In this document: one piece after another, positions 9,012 through 18,847 of the stretch | Layout: every line of letters starts with the position of its first letter | Numbering within the stretch: position 1 is the stretch's first letter | Source: an uncultured virus (IMG/VR IMGVR_UViG_3300037790_000020) | Taxonomy: Duplodnaviria > Heunggongvirae > Uroviricota > Caudoviricetes | Strand: one strand, 5' to 3' | IMG/VR virus record: IMGVR_UViG_3300037790_000020 | DNA: 64,000 nt | Position numbers and translations under genes: made by a program | Notes under the pieces: generated by a model | The model's database searches: none | Told to the model about the DNA's origin: nothing | Seen by the model: the letters and a program-made list of their open reading frames with translations, nothing else

Positions 9012-10526
9012 ATGACATTGAAAGTAGGAATGAAAGTCCGTATTTTCCGTGAAGGCCGAGAGTTTAACAATACTGTAGGGTTTTTTAATGACTGGGTTAA
9101 CATCATGGACCAATTTGTGGGGAAAACAGTAACTATAGAAGAAATTTCTGAATATGGAGTCCTTATCTATGAATGTGGTGCTTTTAGATTTCCACCACAA
9201 TGCTTTGAGCCTATTGAAGAGGAAAAACCAAAACCACTACCACCACCAAAAACCAAGAGGAAAGATATGGAAACAGGTAATGAAGAAGAGTTTATTGTCC
9301 TTCATTGTGGACGTGAACTTACTGAAGAAGAATTTGATGAAGAAACATCTAATGGAGAAATTGTATTTGCTGTGGACGTACAGGAATGGGCGGAAGAATC
9401 TGATTGTATTCGGTTTGTAGATACGGGAGAATCCGCTATAAATGCAGTTGAGGCCCACCCGAATTATGTATATATAGAAGATACTGAAGAATATTATTCC
9501 GATTCAGATAATGCCTTTAATGATGGGAATAGATTTGTTAATGGGCCAGATAAATGGTATTCAGGGTATTATGTCGATAGGAATTTTTATTATCATCATC
9601 GAGAAGGTGAATGGTGGGATATACCACCCCATCATGATACAGATGAACTTGATGATTATTCCTTCAATCCTGCTGCCGAGTGGGGTTTTGAAACTAAGAA
9701 ACAGGGAGTATCTCGTAAGCCCTTACCTAAGCAACTCTATTTTGGCCTTGAGCTAGAGTATGAGATGAATGACGAAGATGAAACGTCTGACATTGTAGAA
9801 ATAGCGCATGACTTACAGTTCGCCGCTTCTGAAGACGGTTCGTTAAGCTGTGGGGTTGAGTTTAAAAGTAAACCATTATGTTATGAACTAGTACATGAAA
9901 GAGTTCCTGAATTACTTAACCGTGTTCGCGGTTCAGTACATGCAGATAGAACATGCGGACTTCATATCCATCTATCTAAAGCAGGACTTACTCTTATGCA
10001 AATAGGTCTTATCCAAGATTTTATTTACAACCCTGATAATAGAGACTTTATATCTAAGTTAGCCGGACGTGGGCCAAATACTTATTGTCAACGTGATATT
10101 GATTATGGAAAGTTAGCTCGTATCCGTAAAGTTGAGAAGAGTCTTAAATATGATAAAGACGGTAACCCTTTGTTAGACTCAAACGGTAATAGAATTATTG
10201 AGTATGATAAAGACTTTTGGGGTGGTGAGAAATATGAAGCTCTTAATTTCTGCCGAAGAGAAACAATCGAGTTCAGATTATTTGCCGCTTCTATGCGACA
10301 ACATAGAGTATTAGGGCGTGTTGAATTTGTAAAAGCATTAACCGAGTGGACAAGTATGACTGAACGTAAAACCTTTGCAGAAGTTAGAGACTTCCAGCAA
10401 TTCTTAACCTTCATAAAAAATCAAGGTAGGAAAAGGTTCCCTAACCTTCTTAAACTTTGTTATGAGAAAGAACTATTAAAAGAAAAACCAAAACCTGAAA
10501 CTAAAACTAAAACACTAGCCGCTTAA
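9012..10526 (+). CDS. Amidoligase (glutamine-synthetase-like COOH-NH2 ligase, Amidoligase_2 type) no. 1
   Basis: YFGLELEYE, EDGSLSCGVEFKSKPL, TCGLHIHLS, EKYEALN, TIEFRLF. Confidence 0.88.
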   Translation: MTLKVGMKVRIFREGREFNNTVGFFNDWVNIMDQFVGKTVTIEEISEYGVLIYECGAFRFPPQCFEPIEEEKPKPLPPPKTKRKDMETGNEEEFIVLHCGRELTEEEFDEETSNGEIVFAVDVQEWAEESDCIRFVDTGESAINAVEAHPNYVYIEDTEEYYSDSDNAFNDGNRFVNGPDKWYSGYYVDRNFYYHHREGEWWDIPPHHDTDELDDYSFNPAAEWGFETKKQGVSRKPLPKQLYFGLELEYEMNDEDETSDIVEIAHDLQFAASEDGSLSCGVEFKSKPLCYELVHERVPELLNRVRGSVHADRTCGLHIHLSKAGLTLMQIGLIQDFIYNPDNRDFISKLAGRGPNTYCQRDIDYGKLARIRKVEKSLKYDKDGNPLLDSNGNRIIEYDKDFWGGEKYEALNFCRRETIEFRLFAASMRQHRVLGRVEFVKALTEWTSMTERKTFAEVRDFQQFLTFIKNQGRKRFPNLLKLCYEKELLKEKPKPETKTKTLAA

Positions 10527-10546
10527 TTAAAAGGAGAAAATAAAAT

Positions 10547-11683
10547 ATGTGTTTAATTATCCGTAAAGAAGAAGACACGGTATTGTCAACTGAGTTTCTC
10601 GACGATGTTCGTGCAAACAATCCTGATGGTTGGGGTATCCTCTACCATAACCGAGAAGGTAAAGCCAAGGTACTCAAAGGTATGGACATGGCAGATTTTT
10701 ACAGAGCGTATAGTCGTTTTGAACAATATAATGCAGATTGTATTATTCATTTCCGGCTAGCTACGCATGGTAAAAAGAATATTCATAACGCCCATCCCTA
10801 TGAAGTATTAGGCGGGGATAATCCTATTTATCTTATGCACAACGGTACTATCGCTATTGATGGTGCGGCCAAAAAAGGTAAGCTATCTGATACTCGTCTA
10901 TTTATTCGAGATGTATTGAAGCCTATGTTAGAGCATATCAAGAATCCGCATGAATTTATTCGTACTAAACATTTCGAGTTTATGATGGAAAGTGTAGCAG
11001 GTGATAACTCTTCCCGATTTGTTCTATTTGACCATGAGGGTTCTCTCTTCTATGGTGGTTGGTACAAGACAACTACTGACGTGTGGGTAAGTAATACCTA
11101 CGCTTATGATGTTGATAATGCCTATAGAAAACCTAAGTCCACCTATAATTATAGAGGTAGTAGTGGCTATTACGATAGTACTGGTACGTGGCATAGTACT
11201 TATCAATTTAATAATAATGTTGATAGTCGCGGGGTTGTTCCTCTCTATCCTGAGTATAATGATGATAGAGATACATTATCTGGTTATGGTGAAGCTGATG
11301 ATGAACGTTTAACAAGTGCCTTTTATGATTATGAAGGTGCAGATATGTATGATTATGGCGATGAAGAAAATGATTTTACTGACCCGGACGAAGAATGGCT
11401 AACTTCTCTACAGGATGTTTGTGATAACTTCGAGATTATTGCCGAAGATTATTGGAATTTAACTCCCGAAGAAATTGAATTTTGTATCCAGCAATTCTAT
11501 GGCGGTCAATGGATGTTCTTTATGAACGACCAAATACCTCACCATTCTTTTATCAAAGATAAGGACGGTAATATTATTGAACCTAATGACATTCTAGTTA
11601 CTGCCAATATTGTTAAAGCCGCTTTAGCTCGTAATGCGGCGGAGCTTAAACAACAAAAAGAGAAAAAGAAAGCGATAGCATAA
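10547..11683 (+). CDS. Class II (Ntn) glutamine amidotransferase no. 1 with acidic C-terminal extension
   Basis: N-terminal nucleophile M-C-L-I-I, NPDGWG, HFRLATHG, HPY, LMHNG, SDT. Confidence 0.9.
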   Translation: MCLIIRKEEDTVLSTEFLDDVRANNPDGWGILYHNREGKAKVLKGMDMADFYRAYSRFEQYNADCIIHFRLATHGKKNIHNAHPYEVLGGDNPIYLMHNGTIAIDGAAKKGKLSDTRLFIRDVLKPMLEHIKNPHEFIRTKHFEFMMESVAGDNSSRFVLFDHEGSLFYGGWYKTTTDVWVSNTYAYDVDNAYRKPKSTYNYRGSSGYYDSTGTWHSTYQFNNNVDSRGVVPLYPEYNDDRDTLSGYGEADDERLTSAFYDYEGADMYDYGDEENDFTDPDEEWLTSLQDVCDNFEIIAEDYWNLTPEEIEFCIQQFYGGQWMFFMNDQIPHHSFIKDKDGNIIEPNDILVTANIVKAALARNAAELKQQKEKKKAIA

Positions 11684-11684
11684 T

Positions 11685-11861
11685 ATGACAATGCGTATTA
11701 TTCCAAATGATTCCGTAGAGTTAGCAGAGAAATTACTTATTATGTCGAGAGATAAACTGACAAAAGCTTTAATTAACGACCCTGATAATATGGATATTGA
11801 TGAAGCAAAGAAATTAATTATGCAAACTTTATCAGTTTTAAATACAACTGATAACGGTTAA
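11685..11861 (+). CDS. Small hypothetical protein (58 aa) between the two ligase/GATase pairs
   Basis: Hand-found ORF filling the gap exactly (MTMRIIPNDSVELAEKLL...). Confidence 0.5.
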   Translation: MTMRIIPNDSVELAEKLLIMSRDKLTKALINDPDNMDIDEAKKLIMQTLSVLNTTDNG

Positions 11862-11872
11862 AGGAGTAGAAC

Positions 11873-14326
11873 ATGACAACCATACCAAGAAATAAATTTG
11901 AAAGAAAACATAGTGATTTTAGATTGCAAGAACTCCGCCGTAGGAATAATCCTGACTGTGGTATTCGAACTTATACATGGGTACATGCTGATTATAATCT
12001 AGGACATATAGCCTTAGATGAAAACGGTGATATGGTCTATGTCTATGATATGGAAACTCAAAACTCCGTCTCTAGACCAGAAGTAGGTTTAGACTGTCAT
12101 AAACTAAGGTTGACAGTAGAGTACCCTTACGGAATGAAATCTTGTTTTTATAATCCGGGTACCATCGCCTCACAATTTGGTTTACATCTAGTTTACCAAG
12201 AAGACTTATCAACAATTTTAGATGAAGAATTAAAAGGTTTTATGCCTTTTTCAGCTTATCAGGAACTATTTGAAAATCATTATAATATTGGATTTAGCTT
12301 TTCTAATGGTACAAGATTGGTAGACTCAAATGAAATCAAATCTTCAATGCGGGGATACCATCTATTGGAATTTAGTACAGAGTCTCCGTGGCTTGTTTCT
12401 TCGTTTAAAAAACGTGATAGTGATGTACGGCATAGAGCTTTTTGGAATAGGTTAGAGTATAAAGTAGAAGTTTTAGCGCAGGAATATGCATCAAAACTAC
12501 AAAAACTTAAAAAATATTTAAAAACAAAAAAATTGGATAAGGAAATTGACATGATTTTTGATAAGAATGTTCACCTAAGAGAAGGCTATCGTGCTTCTAC
12601 TTATGAACCGATTAAGAATATGTTATCAGATGATTATCTGCGTATTCTCAATATTCCCCCTCACAATAAAACTGAGCTTGAGGATTATTACCCCGACCGG
12701 AAGGCTTTACGTAGTTTAAAAGTCTTATCTCCTTTCAAGGAATTTGATAATACCTTTCAAGAGTCTTTGGGGAATTTTGATTCTGGTTTAGATGAGATTG
12801 AAGGTTCTGAAAACAGAGAAATCGGAATTTGCTGGTTAACAGGACATACAGGACTTTGTAAAAAGATACGTTTTTACGGAAAGTTAGTGAAAGTCAACAA
12901 AGAATTTATTGACGCCAACAGCATACCGCTTACATGGTTATCTTGTGCAGAAAGTTATGTTTATACCTATGACCCACGTTTAGCTATCGGTAAGCTTCTT
13001 ATTACTGAACAAAATAAACACAAATTGGACTTAGAATTGTTACCGAAATCCATTGGTAACAAAGGTATTCGTTCTATTCAACACGGCTATCTTAAAGAAA
13101 AGAATTTTGAATATTGTAATGGTTCTGATGATTGGTGCGACAGCCCTATTACCTTGTTTAATGATGAACAGGGCCGGAAATATTCTTCAATTTATGCCAG
13201 TAATCATTTTGCTAAGGCCGATAAACCTGTTATAAATGAAGATGGTAGAATAGTTGACTTTAAATCTGTTTGGTATGACCATTCAGACCCTTGTATGAAT
13301 AGGGCGCAAGATATCTTTGCTGAAGACGATGAAGAACGCCTCGGAAACAATAAAGGGGGTATCTGTTCTATTCCTTTTGGTAATAGACCGGAGCTATTCT
13401 ATGGCTATATGCGTGAAAATAATAAAGGAGAGCTGGAAATTACGAAATACGCTAAACCACGAGAAAGATATTATGGCGTTGAAATTGAACTAGAGCGGAG
13501 AAATCGCAGTACTGATGCCTTCGTTATGCTTTCAAAAGTTATTCCAGAACTTAAAAAGATTGGGTTTGTCAGTGGTACTGATGGCTCATTGCGGGAAGGC
13601 GGTACAGAATTTCGTTCGTGCCCACAAACATTCTCGGTATTACAAAAGAACCTTGCTAGGTTTTACGAAGTGGTATCGCCATACTTTGTAGCAAAAGAGA
13701 CGTGTGGAGTCCATATCCATGTATCTCGCTCAAGTTTGAGCAATTACCAGATAGGAAGAATTATCGGCTTCGTCTATAATCCTAACAACGGTAAATTTAT
13801 ACGTGATATAGCAGGGCGTCCGTCAGGACAGTGGCAAGAGTTCGAGAGCGGCTCATCCTTTGAAGGGTTTAATATCCCTGACTCAAGCTCCGCTATCCCG
13901 CGTATTAAACTCAATAAAAGAAAACTTAGAAAGGGTAAAACTAAATTAGTAGAAAATCGTAAGAAAAGACTAACTGATTATGAGTTTAGAAACGATGGTA
14001 AATATACCGCCGTTAATACTGGTCTTACTAATACTATTGAGTTCAGATTATTCGCTGGTTCGAGTACGTATGATTTAACCATGAAGTATCTTGAATTTGT
14101 AGATGCGTTATGTCATTATACTGAAACAGGAAGAGTTGATGAACCTATTAGACAGCTTGTTAGAGGCTCAGTATTCAAGAAGTGGCTGATAAATAATGGG
14201 AAGAAATACCCTAATCTGTGTAAGTTCTTGAAAGTAAAGAATAATAAATCATCTGATACAGGCGGTTTTATTTTTGGTAAATGGAAAGAAAGAAAAATTA
14301 AGAAAGGTAAAATTAAATGTGCTTAA
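11873..14326 (+). CDS. Amidoligase no. 2 with about 530-aa N-terminal extension
   Basis: YYGVEIELE, TDGSLREGGTEFRSCP, TCGVHIHVS, KYTAVN, TIEFRLFAGS in the C-terminal third. Confidence 0.88.
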   Translation: MTTIPRNKFERKHSDFRLQELRRRNNPDCGIRTYTWVHADYNLGHIALDENGDMVYVYDMETQNSVSRPEVGLDCHKLRLTVEYPYGMKSCFYNPGTIASQFGLHLVYQEDLSTILDEELKGFMPFSAYQELFENHYNIGFSFSNGTRLVDSNEIKSSMRGYHLLEFSTESPWLVSSFKKRDSDVRHRAFWNRLEYKVEVLAQEYASKLQKLKKYLKTKKLDKEIDMIFDKNVHLREGYRASTYEPIKNMLSDDYLRILNIPPHNKTELEDYYPDRKALRSLKVLSPFKEFDNTFQESLGNFDSGLDEIEGSENREIGICWLTGHTGLCKKIRFYGKLVKVNKEFIDANSIPLTWLSCAESYVYTYDPRLAIGKLLITEQNKHKLDLELLPKSIGNKGIRSIQHGYLKEKNFEYCNGSDDWCDSPITLFNDEQGRKYSSIYASNHFAKADKPVINEDGRIVDFKSVWYDHSDPCMNRAQDIFAEDDEERLGNNKGGICSIPFGNRPELFYGYMRENNKGELEITKYAKPRERYYGVEIELERRNRSTDAFVMLSKVIPELKKIGFVSGTDGSLREGGTEFRSCPQTFSVLQKNLARFYEVVSPYFVAKETCGVHIHVSRSSLSNYQIGRIIGFVYNPNNGKFIRDIAGRPSGQWQEFESGSSFEGFNIPDSSSAIPRIKLNKRKLRKGKTKLVENRKKRLTDYEFRNDGKYTAVNTGLTNTIEFRLFAGSSTYDLTMKYLEFVDALCHYTETGRVDEPIRQLVRGSVFKKWLINNGKKYPNLCKFLKVKNNKSSDTGGFIFGKWKERKIKKGKIKCA

Positions 14327-15048
14327 TATTCATTAAGAAAAAGAACGCGGACCTTATAAATAGAGAATGGTGTAAAGACGTTTGGAGCCGTAATAATGAT
14401 GGTTGGGGCTTAGCCTACAATAAGCCATCCACTGGACATATGAGCGTCAAAGCCGGATTAACTTTTGATGGTTTCTGGGATACTTTCTCTTCTCTTCAAA
14501 GGTTGAATATAGATATTGTTGCTCATATGAGGATGGCCACACAAGGAGAAGTTTCTCTCAAAACTACTCATCCTTTTTGCGTGTCTGAAAGACACAATAT
14601 CTGGTTTATGCACAATGGAGTTACTAGTTATCCAGAAGGAGAGTTCGTACAAGATAGTCTAGACGATTTTATCTCTATGGAAAATTTAGAAGATGATAAC
14701 TATAGTATGACTTATCGCGAGTTTTGGGAGAAAGAAACTCTTAAACCTTATGGGGGTAGTTATTATACTGGCCCTAGTGATACTCAGTTACTCGTAGAAA
14801 GGCTATTAACCCCTATGTTAGATAACATGTCAAATCCTAGTGACTTTATTCGCTCAGAAGGTTTTGCTTTTATGATGAAGGAAATTGGGGGTACTAATAA
14901 ATATACTTTTCATGATAATCGCGGGCATGTAATTCTAGATGCTGGTGATTGGTCTGAGACTACTACAGGTATTCCAGTGAGTAATACATATGCTTTTTCC
15001 CTTGACAAAAAAGGTGTTATGGGTTACCTTGGTCGGAAAGTAGGCTAG
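14317..15048 (+). CDS. Class II glutamine amidotransferase no. 2
   Basis: M-C-L-I-F, NNDGWG, HMRMATQG, HPF, FMHNG, SDT; start overlaps the stop of amidoligase 2. Confidence 0.9.
   Translation: MCLIFIKKKNADLINREWCKDVWSRNNDGWGLAYNKPSTGHMSVKAGLTFDGFWDTFSSLQRLNIDIVAHMRMATQGEVSLKTTHPFCVSERHNIWFMHNGVTSYPEGEFVQDSLDDFISMENLEDDNYSMTYREFWEKETLKPYGGSYYTGPSDTQLLVERLLTPMLDNMSNPSDFIRSEGFAFMMKEIGGTNKYTFHDNRGHVILDAGDWSETTTGIPVSNTYAFSLDKKGVMGYLGRKVG
15002..15030 (+). promoter_or_regulatory. Sigma70-like promoter TTGACA-17-TACCTT
   Basis: Perfect -35 and 17-bp spacer at the end of GATase 2. Confidence 0.5.
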
Positions 15049-15125
15049 TATGAACCCTAATGCTTTTGTTGTGGGTGTATTAATCGCCCTTATTTTAATT
15101 ATTATTTTTACTTAGGAGATAAACA

Positions 15126-15413
15126 ATGGAAACATACTTCGACTTTATTCATGATAGTGAACGGTATGATTTAGAGTTTGATACTAAACAAGAAGTTAAA
15201 ACTTGGGCTGATGAATGGTGGATGGAACGCTGTATCAATGATGATTGCCCTCGTGATAATGGTGAAGTTATTGAAGATATTGGCTATATCGTTGAGTTTT
15301 ATTTTAATGAAATTGGGGAACGAGTGGATATCGACTCAGAAGAGTTTATATTATCTTATGAGTTTTATCGTGGTGATTATGCAGAGCATTTTTACCAAGG
15401 AGATTATGTTTAA
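15126..15413 (+). CDS. Acidic hypothetical protein
   Basis: AGGAG SD; 95 aa, very D/E and aromatic rich. Confidence 0.7.
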   Translation: METYFDFIHDSERYDLEFDTKQEVKTWADEWWMERCINDDCPRDNGEVIEDIGYIVEFYFNEIGERVDIDSEEFILSYEFYRGDYAEHFYQGDYV

Positions 15414-15557
15414 TGAAGTATTTAAAAGAGAAAATTAAAGCAGGTGTTATATCTCTAGAAAATATGTCAATAGAAAATCTTATTCAACTTAGTAATGAAT
15501 GTGAGTCTTGGCAAGATAGAGATATGATTGGCTGTGAAATAATGTATAGGAGTTAAT

Positions 15558-15776
15558 ATGACAATAAATTCAATCTTTATTCAAAACCCTAGCCGGGCTA
15601 CTCGTTCAGAGTATCATCAGGCTATTAATACAGCTTTAGATAGAGCTAAACAAACTAAAGTTAATGTTGGTGTGTTTGAAGACAAAAAAGGTGAGCTTCA
15701 TGTACAGAATATGGGCATTAACCCTTTGAGATACTTTGGGAAATTTGGCCTTTTATATTCAACCCAGATAGTATAG
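15558..15776 (+). CDS. Hypothetical protein
   Basis: AGGAG SD. Confidence 0.6.
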   Translation: MTINSIFIQNPSRATRSEYHQAINTALDRAKQTKVNVGVFEDKKGELHVQNMGINPLRYFGKFGLLYSTQIV

Positions 15777-15923
15777 GAGAAGTAATCGTGGACAAATATC
15801 AAGCATTAATTGAATGGTTTAAGGTTATCCGTAGGGGAGCAATCTTTACTGAAAATAAAATTTTACAACTTAAAGCAGAACTTTATCTTAACGAACTGAG
15901 TCCTGCATGGAGCTATTTAGAAG

Positions 15924-16151
15924 ATGAGTAAGAAAGAAAAGAAATTAACAGTAGAAGAATGGGTACAAACTACCGCAGATATGGGGTACATGTTGGTACC
16001 TAAAGAAACTAAACAAGTTCATAAAAAAGAAATCTATTCTATTATTGAGATAGCCTTCTTTATTATTTTTGGCTGTGGGTTTTTGGCATGTTTTATTGCT
16101 GCAACGTATGGGGCATTTTTCCATAACTGTGGTGTGAACTTTACTTCTTAA
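15924..16151 (+). CDS. Small membrane protein
   Basis: C-terminal hydrophobic segment. Confidence 0.55.
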   Translation: MSKKEKKLTVEEWVQTTADMGYMLVPKETKQVHKKEIYSIIEIAFFIIFGCGFLACFIAATYGAFFHNCGVNFTS

Positions 16152-16170
16152 GAGGGGGGGGCTTGGCATT

Positions 16171-16710
16171 ATGAGTAAATTGTATATAGTAAGAGGATTA
16201 CCCGGTTCTGGTAAAACTACGTGGGCACTTAAGCAAATGAAACCTTCACAATCAGTAGTACTTGAGGCTGATGATTTCCATGTAACTCCTGCGGGTGAAG
16301 GTAGGGGCGAGTATAATTGGATAGCTAAACATATGGAATATGCCCATATGTGGTGTTTATCTAATGCCGCTTACCGACTTCGCCACGGACTTAACGTATA
16401 TGTTGCTAATACTTTTACTCAATGGTTTGAAATAGAGCGATATTTAAAAATGGCCAAGGCTATTAAATGTGATGTTGAGATTATCGAGTGCCTAGGTAAT
16501 TTTGAAAATGTTCATAGTGTACCGGAGAAAACTCTTGACAAAATGAGACAAAGGTATATAACTAACGAGAAGATAAAATCTAGAATAAGGCAAATAAATA
16601 AAACTACACCTGAAGAAGGGTTCCCCTTTATGGAAATATCTTTTAAACAATATAGACCTGTTGAAGATGAGTTAGTTAATGAGGGAACGATTTACGAAGA
16701 AAGTTTATGA
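16171..16710 (+). CDS. P-loop kinase (polynucleotide kinase / AAA_33-like)
   Basis: LYIVRGLPGSGKTTWA, EADDF, VANTFT, HSVPEKTLDKMRQR. Confidence 0.85.
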   Translation: MSKLYIVRGLPGSGKTTWALKQMKPSQSVVLEADDFHVTPAGEGRGEYNWIAKHMEYAHMWCLSNAAYRLRHGLNVYVANTFTQWFEIERYLKMAKAIKCDVEIIECLGNFENVHSVPEKTLDKMRQRYITNEKIKSRIRQINKTTPEEGFPFMEISFKQYRPVEDELVNEGTIYEESL

Positions 16711-17108
16711 AAGTAGCAGTATACGGAACATTGAGAAAAGGCTTTAGTAATAATAGATTGCTTAATGATAGCGATTACCTGGGCACAGACATATTAACTG
16801 GCTTTGAGATGTATAGTCTAGGGGCTTTCCCTGCCATTAAAAGTGGTAATGGAGAGATTGAGGTAGAAGTTTATGAAATAAATCCTCATACACTGAATGC
16901 CTTGGATATGCTAGAGGGGTATTTAGATAAATATTCCCCTTTTAATATGTATAACCGAGAAAGTGTCCAAACAAAATATGGTGAAGCTTATGTATATATT
17001 TGGGCGAAGTCGTTAACAGGCAGGACTAAAATACCAAGTGGTAAATGGGAGCGTAATATATCCATTCATTCTCAACGGAATTGGTATGAAGAGGATTTTT
17101 ATAAATGA
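16707..17108 (+). CDS. Gamma-glutamylcyclotransferase (AIG2/YtfP family)
   Basis: VAVYGTLRKG, EVEVYEI, LDMLEGY, YNR, AYVYIW, IPSGKW. Confidence 0.92.
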   Translation: MKVAVYGTLRKGFSNNRLLNDSDYLGTDILTGFEMYSLGAFPAIKSGNGEIEVEVYEINPHTLNALDMLEGYLDKYSPFNMYNRESVQTKYGEAYVYIWAKSLTGRTKIPSGKWERNISIHSQRNWYEEDFYK

Positions 17109-17497
17109 GTAATAATAACGACTCAAAATTCGACCTTGATTTACGATATGGACAAGAGATTGAAAATAAACTTCTCGAAGCTCTAAGAGGTACCGTAGAA
17201 GTAAAGGCTGAACGGGATATATGGCTAAAAACAGGGAATATTGCTATTGAATATGCTTCTAGAGGTAAACCTAGTGGTATTGAAGTTACTGAAGCGGACC
17301 ATTGGGCACAAGCTTTAATAGTAGGAAATCAACCTTTTTGTTACTTGTTATTCCCTACTCCTGTTATGAGAGGTATGGTTAGATATTATAGAGAAAATCG
17401 TCCCGACACCCTTATGAATGGCGGGGATAGTTATACAAGCGAGTTAGTGTTAATGCCCCTGAAAGAAATTATTAAACCGAAATTGATTGGAGTTTAA
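17105..17497 (+). CDS. PD-(D/E)XK-like nuclease-fold protein
   Basis: VEVKAE...TGNIAIEY...KPSGIEVTEADHW pattern common in phage nuclease-fold proteins. Confidence 0.6.
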   Translation: MSNNNDSKFDLDLRYGQEIENKLLEALRGTVEVKAERDIWLKTGNIAIEYASRGKPSGIEVTEADHWAQALIVGNQPFCYLLFPTPVMRGMVRYYRENRPDTLMNGGDSYTSELVLMPLKEIIKPKLIGV

Positions 17498-17499
17498 AA

Positions 17500-17730
17500 A
17501 TGTATGAAATATCTTCCCCTTTGGTTAATAAGAGCCTTGATAGAGATGAAGATAGAATTATTCGTTGGTGTGACAACCGAGGATATAGATTTGTAGGAAT
17601 AGGGATGATTGATAAAGAGTACATTTATTTTGAGTATGAAGATTTAGAAGGAAATATTTTTCCTAATCGTGCTCGTAGAACATATCATAGAAATAATTTT
17701 ATATTAAGAAATCAAAAACGAAAGAAATGA
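17500..17730 (+). CDS. Hypothetical protein
   Basis: GGAG SD; tiles in the operon. Confidence 0.55.
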   Translation: MYEISSPLVNKSLDRDEDRIIRWCDNRGYRFVGIGMIDKEYIYFEYEDLEGNIFPNRARRTYHRNNFILRNQKRKK

Positions 17731-17748
17731 TAGAGGAAAGATTAAAAG

Positions 17749-18663
17749 ATGTTAAACAATAAAACAGTTAAAGAATATGTAGAAAATTCTAATCTTGTTC
17801 AAAAGAAAGAATGGGATAAGTATGAAGGTCTTTATCTACTAAAATATAAAAACAAAGTATTTTATGATAACCTTTGGGATGAGTTCCTAGAGAATATGCG
17901 AGGAACGGTGGTTGCTGAGGATTATACTCCTATTGTTATGCCCTTCCGTAAAATATATAATCGCGGTGAACGAGGTACTGAAATTGACCGAGATGAGACT
18001 GTAACAGCAGTACGTAAGATTAATGGTTTTATGTTTGCGCTTACTTATGTTCCCGAAGTTGGTAAAGTTCTCCCTTCTACAACAGGCTCACTTGATAGTG
18101 ATTATGTAAGCATGGGCTTAGATTATGTTACTGATGAATTAGGTCTTAAATTAAAAGCTTTCTATGATAATACTCAAGTGCTTATGACATGGTTATTCGA
18201 AGTTGTCCATCCTAAGGACCCTCATATTATTCCTGAGGAACCGGGTCTTTACCTTTTAGAAGGAAGGGAAGTTCTTTGGGATGGAGAAGAGACGAAAGAC
18301 CAAGAGTTTCTAGACGAATTAGCAGAAGGACTTGGTGTTAAACGGCCTGAATGGTTTGTTGGTCGTTATTCAGATATTGTTAAATCTCTACCGGAACAAA
18401 AACACGAAGGTTTTGTTATCCATGGTCAGACAACTACACTTAAGTTGAAGACACCTTATTATCTAACTACTAAGTTCTTAGGGAGGATGAAAGATGAAAA
18501 GTTTGAGCAGTGGCTTACTGACGGTGTGCTTGCCGAGAAGCTCGATGAAGAGTATGTACCCCTTATCTCATATCTTGAAGCAGATAAAGAAAAATTCTTG
18601 CAGATGGATGAGCAAGAACGGATGTTATATATTAGAGAAAAGATAAATGAGTTACAAAGTTAG
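17749..18663 (+). CDS. RNA ligase (T4 Rnl1-like)
   Basis: KIYNRGE, adenylation motif RKINGFM, STTGSLDS, FEVVHP.DPHII, HEGFVI, KLKTPYY. Confidence 0.85.
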   Translation: MLNNKTVKEYVENSNLVQKKEWDKYEGLYLLKYKNKVFYDNLWDEFLENMRGTVVAEDYTPIVMPFRKIYNRGERGTEIDRDETVTAVRKINGFMFALTYVPEVGKVLPSTTGSLDSDYVSMGLDYVTDELGLKLKAFYDNTQVLMTWLFEVVHPKDPHIIPEEPGLYLLEGREVLWDGEETKDQEFLDELAEGLGVKRPEWFVGRYSDIVKSLPEQKHEGFVIHGQTTTLKLKTPYYLTTKFLGRMKDEKFEQWLTDGVLAEKLDEEYVPLISYLEADKEKFLQMDEQERMLYIREKINELQS

Positions 18664-18844
18664 TATTCATAATAAATATCCAGATGGGTCAAAATTATCC
18701 TTGACTTTTGATACAAATAGTGGTTTACTACATGAAGCAAGTAAAGATGCTGATGTAGAAACTATTTATGAAAGACAACGTTTAGGGAAAGACCCGTTTG
18801 AAAAGCCTGTATTTAGTAGAAGAACCTTTAAACCAATAGGATAA
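18647..18844 (+). CDS. Hypothetical protein
   Basis: Tiles between the ligase genes. Confidence 0.5.
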   Translation: MSYKVSIHNKYPDGSKLSLTFDTNSGLLHEASKDADVETIYERQRLGKDPFEKPVFSRRTFKPIG

Positions 18845-18847
18845 TGA

